Below, one piece after another: positions 54,321-64,000 of a stretch of 64,000 bases of DNA. A model generated the notes under the pieces. It worked only from the letters and a program-made list of their open reading frames with translations. It searched no databases and had not been told where the DNA came from. The stretch covers positions 218,180,001 through 218,244,000 of the forward strand of contig NC_058368.1 in assembly GCF_018350175.1 (NCBI RefSeq), read 5' to 3'. The position numbers and the translations under genes were made by a program. The stretch's first letter is position 1, and each line of letters starts with the position of its first letter. The DNA is from Felis catus. Lineage: Eukaryota.

Positions 54321-54727
54321 TGAATTAGAAATTACAATGTATAATTACCAACTCATGTTATCTTTTCATATATAATTATATATAAAGCAATCTTGAATAA
54401 TATACATCTTAAGCAGTTAATCTAGAAGTGATTTCACTGTATCTTCTTTCCTAAATCACATACTTACAAGTGTTTTTTAACACTTTTTCATTTTTACCCA
54501 TCGAAACATTTTGAAATTGACAAATGAAACATTTGTCGATTAATTTAAAATTTATTTCAGATAATTTTACCATCTTAACAGCATAGTGCACAATCTGAAA
54601 TGTTAAAATCTGAGTTGTTTTAATCCAATCTAAGATCGAAGTAACTATTGTGCTTCTCAAATATGAATCTTTTCATTTCAGAAAAGGATAAAATATCACA
54701 GAAAACAAAAATCTGAAGCTTCTTATT

Positions 54728-55255
54728 GACTTATTGGGGGGATACCATTAGTTTATTATAAAAGAGAGACATGCAAATTATCTACATGATGAATAATTTC
54801 ACAGCTTCAGTGGAATGGGCAGCTTTCACGTGATGCCAGTTCAGTAATGGTTTATTTCAGTCCACATACTTTCTGAGAATGTCACTGTCTCTACATAAGA
54901 AATAATCCTTGTCAACCAGAACTACTTTGGTGTCTCCACATTCTGGGAGAAGAACTTTATCTATTTCCAACTTTCATGCTAACTGGTTGAAGTTCTCCAC
55001 CCTTTCCTTTAGAGCCCAATCCAACAGCTAACTGCTAATGTTTGCAATAGTTTTCCTTAAGATTTTTCTGGAAGCATGATGCCTCCTTTGGTTACTGTTA
55101 AGCTGCACTCTTTACAACTAAAACTCAGTCAAGGAGGGGAAGAAACTTTTGAAAGGCCTGTCCTGCCATAACTCTGGCCGCCACAGTTCATACTCTGCTC
55201 TCAAGCTGCTGCAGCCACAGGAAGACCTACAGGTTCACCCTTGGACCATGTGAAC
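54728..55255 (-). pseudogene. HSPE1: HSPE1 (HSP10/chaperonin 10) processed pseudogene
   Basis: Intronless. ATG at 55169 (MAGQAFQKFLPLLD*VLV...TVTKGGIMLPEKS*GK...KVLLPECGDTKVVLVDKDY...ILRKYVD*), stop at 54857-54859, internal stops and frameshifts, AATAAA at 54752-54757; TSD ctgaagcttcttatt 54713-54727 / ctgaagctttttaat 55256-55270. Confidence 0.96.
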
Positions 55256-55789
55256 CTGAAGCTTTTTAATACAGAATGAAATTAGGCATCATAAATTGGA
55301 CTTTTGAAGACCATTTTAGAAATTACAGAGAGCAAATTAAAGGCAAGTCAATTTACCCTCAAAGCGCTAAATGCAAGTATTGTTAATGAAAATATAGATA
55401 TCTGCCAACACTAAATAAGATGGAGTTATATATAAATGACACACAGATAGTATGCAAAATAGTACGTACTATTTGTTCTCAATGATTTCATTTATATCAA
55501 GTTCAAATTTTGACAAACCTAATCTATAATCCAGAAGTCAGGGTTATTAAACTACTCTTTGATATGAGTGTTGGATGTCTGCAAATGATATTTTTCTTTT
55601 TACCTGTTGACTCTTTTGTTAGGTGTTAGTACCAGGAAGGTGGCACTGAAGGAAGACTGGACAGCAGGGGGACAGAGAAACGATTTTCTCCATTTTTTTT
55701 CTTTGCTTTCCTAACGGACTTAGCACAGAAATGGCTCTTTACTCAAGCAGTGATTGCTTTTTTCCTAGCACTTCCAGAAATAGCATCAT

Positions 55790-55792
55790 TGC

Positions 55793-55832
<40 letters not shown>

Positions 55833-56227
55833 TTATAAATACTGACAGGTCCCAAGATCTGCATTCACCAAACTGAAGACCAGGAAACCTATAGAGTATT
55901 TCCAGTGCAAATCCAAAGACCTGAGGCATTCCACTATAAGCCAATGGTGGTTCCAGTCCATAAGCCTGTAGACTAGAAACCCAGGAAAAATTGATGTCTC
56001 AGCTCAAGGCAGTCAGACAGGAGTTCCCTCTCATTCAGCCTTTTTGTTCTGTTCAGATGTTTAATTAATTCCATGAGGCCCACCCACAATCTGCTGTACT
56101 CAGCTCATCAATGTAAATGTTAAACTCATTCAAAAACATCCTCACAAAAACATCCAGAAAAATATTGAACTAAACATCTGGGCATGCCATGGCCCAGTAA
56201 AGTTGACACGTAAAATTAAGCACTACA
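55790..56227 (-). mobile_element. MLT2 (ERVL) LTR with (TG)n at its left end
   Basis: ggtcccaagatctgca, ttgatgtctcagctcaaggcagtcag, aagttgacacgtaaaattaagcactaca. Confidence 0.85.
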
Positions 56228-56799
56228 TCCATTCTTTAAGTTTCTACATAGTAATAACCAAAAGCTTTCTCCTTTGTCACTCCACGTAGTAACTTCTTCC
56301 TGAAGTTACTATCTCAGTGTTCCCTCATGTGCTTGTTTCACATTTCATTTCTCCAGTAACTCATATTAAATCCACATATTAACCTGTCTGGTTTGACATA
56401 ATTAACTTAAATTTTGCTTTTCTGATGAGACGTGGCTGGCTCATCATATGGTTCAAAGAGTGGTCCCAGAAAACAGGCCCTTAAAAATGAGATCCAGGAA
56501 TTCATTTACATGTGATCCTTGGACTTGATATCAGTAACAGCTAATGAGAAATGGGATAATAGCAATTAGTGACATATAGTAGTAGCATTATGAATAATTA
56601 ATTCTGAAGCATGAGTCTTGATGATCAAAGAACTCCTGCACTTGCATGTTCTGGTAAGAATAATGACTACCAGGACTGTGAGATGCAGTGGCTTTTCCTG
56701 ACCATCCTGGAAAGCTTACAAGTCAGGACAGTGGCTGTCCGGAGGACTGTAATTGGGAGAGGATATCAGAATTGTTTAGATTTTTACAAAGGTCATTTC

Positions 56800-57920
56800 C
56801 TTAATCTGATTAACAGATAAAAATATTTATTTCCTTTGTGAAAATGAATCAAGGAGTAAAATTGCTTATGAATTTTTCTTTATGTGTTTCATATTTCAAT
56901 AACATATCCAAAAAAATAAGACATAAGACTATGATGAAAAGGGATGAAAAGCTGACCATGATCATGTTGAGGATAATTTGAGTATAAAGAAGAATCATGG
57001 CAGTAATGTATTATAACAAACTGAATTAACTAAAAAATTACTTGAATCCATAAGGAGAAAAAGAAACAAAAGTGAAGAAAGTTTCTTTTTTGTAGTGATG
57101 TGACAGTTTACAAACGTGTAATTGATAGTCTTTAAAAATCATCAATTATTAAAGATTCAAAGATACTCAAGAGATACTAAAAATCATTGTGTGAATGAAT
57201 GTTTGTTAAAGAAAAGATTCTTTACATGATCTTAAAGAATGATCCTACAGTTTACTTCTTAATTACAAATTGAAAAATATACTCTAATAATAATGAAATC
57301 TGTCAGTCTCCTCCTTAACTAAACGTTCAATTTTCCATCACAAATGTGGGACACCCTCGTATGCATGTTGGATAGAAGGAGTTCGACAGCATCATCTATT
57401 TAATGTGATTTTTAGAAATTATTGACAGAATCTAATCAAAAGGAAATAGATAATTCACAATGCAGGACACGTTTTCAGTGTAACTGGTGTGTACTCTTCA
57501 AAAGTCATGAAGAATAGAGAGGAGCAACGGTGATGATGTAGCTTGGGCAAGATAAAAGAGACTTCACAGAAACATGCTGTATAGGAATCTGGACGGAAAA
57601 ATTAGAAGATAAAAAGGGAATTGTGGAGCCAGCCAAGGAAAATAGGGAAGTCTATTTTGTTTGGTTATATTTTTATGTCTCTTGATTTTAATAGGTAATT
57701 TATAGTAACTTTATTATGGTTACATAGACCTGATGGCCTTTTCCTGAGACATACATGGATGGAATTTCCTCCCATCTGCAGTCATTTGGCAAAAGGAAAG
57801 ATAAAGAGAGGAGGGACAGGTGTGGCAAGATACTAACATTTGATGCATCTGTTTGAAGGGTGTATAGGTGTTAACTGTGCATTTGAAATTTAATAAAATA
57901 AAATAAATAATTTAATAAAA
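56800..57920 (+). mobile_element. Very old LINE-1 (L1ME-like) 3' region
   Basis: gtgtggcaagatactaacatttgatgcatct...gggtgtataggtgtt and A-rich tail. Confidence 0.55.
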
Positions 57921-57952
57921 AAATATACACACTTATTTTCCTCCTCAGAGCT

Positions 57953-58119
57953 TTTTAAAAATGTTTTTAAGTTTATTTATTTATTTTGAGAGAGACAGAG
58001 ACAGTGTGAGTGGTGGAGGGGCAGAGAGAGAGAATCCCAAGCAAGCTCTGTGCTTCCAGCGCAGAGTCTGACACAGGGCTCGAACTCACAAAACCGTGAG
58101 ATCATGACCTGAACCAAAA
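57953..58119 (-). mobile_element. 5'-truncated CanSINE
   Basis: Reverse SINE stops at atcatgacctgaaccaaaa; head missing. Confidence 0.92.
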
Positions 58120-60227
58120 ACAGTTTACAAATGTATAATTGATAGTGATAAATACAATGATTAACTGGCTTAGCATTTTTGTATCTCTACCAATATTAAA
58201 TTAATACATGAGTTCTAGATTTATATAAAGCTTAAATTTCATGGAAGAAAATATGAGAATGAAACACTTTTCAAGTTCTCAACTGAATATATAAATTGAG
58301 AACTTAAATTATATATTTATTATTCTGAAAATACTAAAGCTATTAAACAACATTTTAAGAAGTGACTCATGTCTAAAATTAAACTTTTCACATATGAGAG
58401 TGTCACATACAAAGAAACAGAATAAAAAATAAAATTATTATGGTGGACATCTTTCTTTGTGAATAAAGTTAAATGTTTATTAAAAATAATTTTGCTCTGG
58501 TTAGAATGTAGTAAGTTATAAGTGACCGTCACTCCTACTATAACAATATGATCAAGCCAAATAAATTATAAAGTCATAGCTTTCTCTTCCCTGTCAGAGC
58601 ACGAAGCATTTACAAAATCTAAACAAAACAAATTCTAGAAAAAGAATTGCCCTTTATCAGAGATAATATTCCCTTAGTTACTTATCCCAGAAATCTTCTA
58701 TTCTGGATGCAGAACAGAATGGGAACACATGGGAAAAGAAAAAGAAAAGGGAGAAAAACAACCGATTTTAAGGGCTATGTGTCGGTGTATAGGCCGGCAT
58801 GATGAATTAGAGCCCTAAGGATTTCCAGCCATGGAGTGAGTGTCTTCCAACTTGGCAACACTTTCCCTGATGGTCTTCACCAAGTACATATGAAGAGAAT
58901 GCCAATAGGTGGGCGCCAGGAACCAGAGCTGACACAGTTCTCCATAAAGTGGCATAAAGCTCTCCAGCATCTAAGGCAACAGCCCAAGTGTCAGGACAAG
59001 GCAGAAGAGCTGAGAAGCACTTTCAAAGCACCAATGGCTGGCACTGAGTGCCAGGCAGCAGCCTGATGAAGGCCATGAACAGGCGAGTGTCATGAAGAGA
59101 GGACATATGAGACAGTTAAAAATTGAGCAGAGCAGAGAGCATAGAAAACACCCACACCGAAAAATCTAGAAGTAGGTTGAAAATCAAAAAGAATCTCCCA
59201 CAGTAGAGATGTATTTTATCAGAGCTATAAATCCAAGTGAGATACTCAGATCCCATTCCTATGAAAGGGCAGGTACTGATCATGGTCTCAAAATATTTGA
59301 AGTGAGTGGTGAAGTGAATTAACAAAACTTGTGTAAAAAAAAAGTCAAATGCAGCTAAGCTACTGACTAGATGTCAGTCATATAATCTAGCAGCCTGATA
59401 GGATATGGGGTATGTTCTGGAAATCACATTTTTTGTGTCAACCTCCACCGTTTGTTCTTTTTAAAGACAGTAATCTACATACAATTAACATTGTGAAATT
59501 CCAAAGTAACACAAACATATGCCCATATTCAAGAGAGAAAAGTTCAAAAGAAGATTTTGAAATAATCAGAAAAAAAAACTTTAAATAAGTCTGAAAAATA
59601 TTAGATAAAAAGTTTGGAAAAAGTTGATACATAAACAGATGGCAATTTTCAACGTAGAAATGGAGACTATTAAAAGAAACAAATGAAAAGGCTAGAACTA
59701 ACAAATATAATAATGTTAAAAACCCATTATTGAAATTCAGAATGAGACACAACTGAAAAAAAAAGAATCAGTCAACTTAAAGCCAATCTATAAATTATGT
59801 CAAAGATGAAGAGTAAAAACAATAAAATTAAAGAGAATACTCAAGATCTGTGGAAAACATCAAATGTTCTAGCATTCATTTAATTTGAGTCCCAAGGGAG
59901 CAGAAAGAAATTGGACCCAAGACATATTTAAGAAAAGAGTGGCCAAGAATTTTCCCAAAGTGTTATAATGACTCAACTCAAAAATTCAGGAAGCTCAGTC
60001 TGTCCAAAACAGGATAAACACAAAGAAAATCAAACGACTCATCACAGTCAAAGGTCTGTGCACTAAATACAAAGAAGAAATAACAGAAAATATTGGGGAA
60101 AGACATATTGCAAATAAATAAGTAAACAAAAATGATGGTTAAAGTTTTATCAGAAGAAAAAATCTGAGAAAGAAGACATTGGAATTATATCTTTAGAGTG
60201 CTGGGGGCAGAACAGAATTCTTTTATT

Positions 60228-61098
60228 TTTCTTTTTTTAATTCCAGTTAGTATACAGTGTTATATTAGTTTCAGGTGTACAATATAGTGATTCAATAATT
60301 CCATACATCATCCTGTGCTCATCACGGTAAGTGCCCTCCTTAATCTCCATCACTCGCTTAAACCATCCTCCCACCCAGTTCCCCTCTGGTAACCATCAGT
60401 TTGTTGTCTTTTGTTAAGAGTCTGTTTCTTGGTTTCTCTTTCTCTTTGCTCTTTTGTTTTGTTTCTTAAAGTCCACGTATGAGTGAAGTCATATGGTATT
60501 TGTCTTTCACTGACTGATTTCACTTAGCAGAGTGCACTCTAGTTCTATCCATGTCATTACAAATGGCAAGGCTTTATCCCTTTTTATGGTTGAAAAATAT
60601 TCCATTGCATATATCTACCACATCTTCTTTAACTATTCATCGATTGATGGACACTTGGGCTGCATCCATATATTTATGTTTTATTTATTATGTAAATAAT
60701 GCTGCTATAAACATAGGAATGCATGTATCCCTTTGGACTAGTATTTTTATGTTCTTTGGGTAAATACCCAGTAGTGTCACTGCTGGATCATAGGGTAGTT
60801 CTATTTTTTTTTTTTTAATGTTTGTATTTATTTTTGAAGGAGAGAGTGAGACAGAGCATGAGCGGGGGAGGAACAGAGAGAGGAGACACACAGGCTCCAG
60901 GCTCTGAGCTGTCAGCACAGAGCCCGATGCAGGGCTCGAACCCACAAACTGTGAGATCATGACCTGAGGTGAAGTCGGACGCTTAACCAACTGAGCCACC
61001 CAGGCGCCCCATAGGGTAGTTCTAATTTTAACATTTTGAGGAAACTCCATGCTACTTTCACAGTAGCTGTGCCTGTTTGTATTCTCCCCAACAATACA
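60228..61098 (-). mobile_element. Carnivore LINE-1 3' end
   Basis: tacagtgttatattagtttcaggtgtacaatatagtgattc 3'UTR; TSD agaattcttt near 60215 and 61110. Confidence 0.93.
60804..61009 (-). mobile_element. CanSINE inside L1
   Basis: TSD catagggtagttcta at 60789-60803 and 61010-61024. Confidence 0.96.
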
Positions 61099-62017
61099 TA
61101 AATACACCTAGAATTCTTTATCTTAGAACATCTTTTAAAATGAAGCAAAATAAATACATTAAAATAAATTTTAAAAATCTACTTTAATTGTCTTAGGAGA
61201 ACTGTGCAACAATCAATGATGAAAATTTCTCTATTCTGAAGTTAAATGACACCAGATGGAAGTCCAAATGTGTAGGAGGAAATAAAGATTAAAATAAAAG
61301 GTAAATATGTAAATACATGAATGAGCATAGCTAATCTGCTCATCAAAAGACACCATAAGAAAAACGAATGTATAAGCTACACACTGGGAGAAAATATTCA
61401 TTGTAGGTTTATCTGAAAAAACACTTATTTCTGAGATATAAAGAACTTTTAGAAATCAGTATTTAGAAGACAGCCATTGAATTTAATAAATAAATAAGTA
61501 AATAGGTAAACAGTGCAAAACTTGAGCAGATGTCACTAAAAAAAATATACAAATGTTGAAAAAGCACATGAAAAATTATGAATATCATTAGTTATCAAGG
61601 ACATACAAACTGAACCACAATGGATCATGCTTTCCTACCACTAGAACAACTACTATTAAGCAAACTATTATAATGCAAAATGTTGGAGAGGATGTAGAAC
61701 AAGTTAACTTCTTACATATTGTTAATGGGTGTGTGAAAAAGGAAATGTAGTTTAAAAAGACAATGTACTTATATGTTCTGACGAAGGAACAAAAAACCCA
61801 ATTTTTACTCAGTCTTATTCATAGTAGACCAAAAGAGGAAATGGTTAAAATTCCAACAACTGGGGATGATAAAAATTCTAGCATTTTCATAGAATGTAAT
61901 GCTACTTAGGTATAGCAAAATATCAACTACTGCTACATATTATAACACGGATGAATTCCAAATACATGTTATCTTGAAAACATGTTGAACACAAGAAAAC
62001 CCAAACCTGCATCATAT

Positions 62018-62527
62018 ATGTATTAGTTATCTATTGTTGCTTATCAAATTACAGTAATACCTAGTGGCCTAAAACAACAATTTCTTATTTCACAGTTTGT
62101 GTGGGTCAGGAATCTGAGCACAACTTAACTAGGTACCTCTGACTTCAAGTTCCCAGCTTTGCAGTCAGTATTGACTGGGGATGTGGCATCTGAAGGCTCA
62201 ATAAGGGGAGGATCTGTTTTCAAACTCACTCATGTGGATGTTGGGGGAGTTGTTTCCTGCTGAAGTATTGGATTGTGAGTCTTCCTTCAGTTCCTTGCTC
62301 TGTGGAGCTCGGTGGAGGCTGACTTTCTAGGGAGGTAGCGAGAGCTCCCAATGTAGAAGACACAGTCTCTTTGTAACTTAATGTTAGAAGTAACCTTCTT
62401 TTGACATATCCCAGTCACTAGAAGCAAATTACTAAGTCCAGCCTACACCAAGGGGAGGGAAATACCTCAGGGCATGAAGATCAGGAAGTGGGAATTATTA
62501 GTGGTCATGTTAGAGACTGTCTACTAC
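62018..62527 (-). mobile_element. MaLR (MLT1-type) solo LTR
   Basis: tgtattagttatctattg...gtggcctaaaacaac...gactgtctactaca. Confidence 0.85.
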
Positions 62528-63744
62528 ACCTATGATTCCATTTATATAAAATAAATGGACAAGCAAACTGATTCATGCTAAAATCAGTAAATGGTAATGT
62601 TCAATGAATGGCAGGCAAAGTTTAGCCGGAAAGAAGAATGAAGGAATTTTCTGGATTACAGAAATGATCTCCATCTTGGGGGTAATAATAGGGTATTTTC
62701 AGTTTTTAAAATTTAGTACATTGGTGAACCTGAAATATTACATATGTATATATAATATTTTAGTATTATAATTATAATACATATATAATCTATAATAATA
62801 TGCATATAAATATTATATCATATGTAATGTATACATATTTCCTTTTATCATTTATACTTTAATAAATTATGAAAACAAAAACAGTACAATTAAAAATTTG
62901 AACTATTTGAATATTGTAGAACTAATAAAATCGAAATTATTTAGATGATACGAAACGTCAATATATTACGTTTAATTTTCTGCAAAAAGTATCTACCAAT
63001 TTTTTGTTGAAACATACTTTTATCACAACATATTTTTCTCTAAACAGAAATATTCACTTGGATTCTAGTCTCATCAAGAATGTATAATAAGAATTTCTGT
63101 TAAAAGAATGTGCAGCAATATTTGGCATATATTGCTAGATCATAAATTTGTTTTTTAGCCTAAATGTGCATAGAGGTGGTATTCACTGCATGTTTATGTA
63201 CGGATGGATGTATATATGTATCTGTCACAAAATTCCAAATTACATATAAAAGGGTAAGTAAATATACATATTAATAATGTAGCTTTCCTGTTCTTGCCTC
63301 ATATGTACTTTCTGTTCTCAGCTCATTGCAAAACTTCCCTTCCTATCAACCACATGTGAGTTTGTGATTTTTTTCCTGATTACAAATGACCCTGATTTAA
63401 GGTATAAAGCACCGTTTGATTATGGCCATGGTTTCTCTGCATCGGGACTTAGAGGGGACACAGTAGGGACAGCTTGTTCTTGCTCCACAAAGACTGGGTC
63501 CTCATCTGAGAAGACTCTAAAACCTGACAGGGACACAAATGATGCGGCTGAAATTAACTGAAGTTTTTTTTCTTTTTCTTTAATATGTCTGATGACAGGG
63601 CTGGGATTACTCTTAGGCTGAACTCAGCTGGGACTGTTGATCAGAGTACCTACATGAGGTTTTTTTTTGGTGGCTTGGAATTTCATAGCCTGAAATGGGG
63701 GCCAGTAAGGAACATCTGGAAGGCCCATTAAAAGGGACTATTCT

Positions 63745-63772
63745 TTCTTTTTTTTAATATTTAGTTTTGAGG

Positions 63773-63804
<32 letters not shown>

Positions 63805-63983
63805 TAGGGCATGAGTGAGAGAGGTGCAGAGAAGGGGACACAGAATCTGAAGCAGGCTCCAGGCTCTGAGCTGTCGGCACAGAGCCCAACATGGGGCTTG
63901 AACTCACAGACTCATCTTGAACTCACAGATCATGACCTGAGATGAGGTCAGACGCCCGACCAACTGAGTCACCCCGGTTCCCC
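63745..63983 (-). mobile_element. CanSINE
   Basis: Reverse SINE; TSD gggactattc / gggaccattc; small internal duplication cttgaactcacaga. Confidence 0.93.
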
Positions 63984-64000
63984 ACAGAGGGACCATTCCA

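Larger units (their letters stand above)
58500..62880 (+). mobile_element. Old LINE-1 pieces (ORF1-like and ORF2/3' end) hosting younger insertions
   Basis: ORF1-like caagatctgtggaaaacatcaaatg...ggccaagaattttcccaaa; ORF2 end tgttggagaggatgtagaaca. Confidence 0.65.

Overview
AT-rich, repeat-dominated mammalian genomic DNA from a felid (cat family), judged from young SINEC_Fc-type CanSINEs. I found no intact, recognisable protein-coding gene. Much of the window is CanSINEs (about 20, most with visible target-site duplications, TSDs), nested LINE-1 fragments of several ages, L2/MIR relics and MaLR/ERV1/ERVL solo LTRs. There are two clear processed pseudogenes: CDC42 (27.6-29.4 kb, +, interrupted by a young SINE) and HSPE1 (54.7-55.3 kb, -). 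Three things go beyond routine repeat annotation. (1) A promoter-like region at 19.7-21.3 kb (two CCAAT boxes, a CHR-like motif, retained CpGs, RFX X-boxes) points leftward toward scattered minus-strand candidate exons whose frame is broken by stops, suggesting a decayed multi-exon, possibly testis/cilia, coiled-coil gene. (2) An inverted repeat with ~320-340-bp arms lies at 32.5-33.8 kb; its right arm sits inside the TSD of a 5'-truncated SINE, and the outer 171 bp of the arms are 100% identical while the inner part is diverged. (3) Several retrotransposition and repair scars are visible, including a twin-primed L1, templated insertions and a retroposed LTR transcript end. Repeat subfamily names and comparisons to reference proteins are from recall, not a database search, and boundaries of old repeats are approximate.
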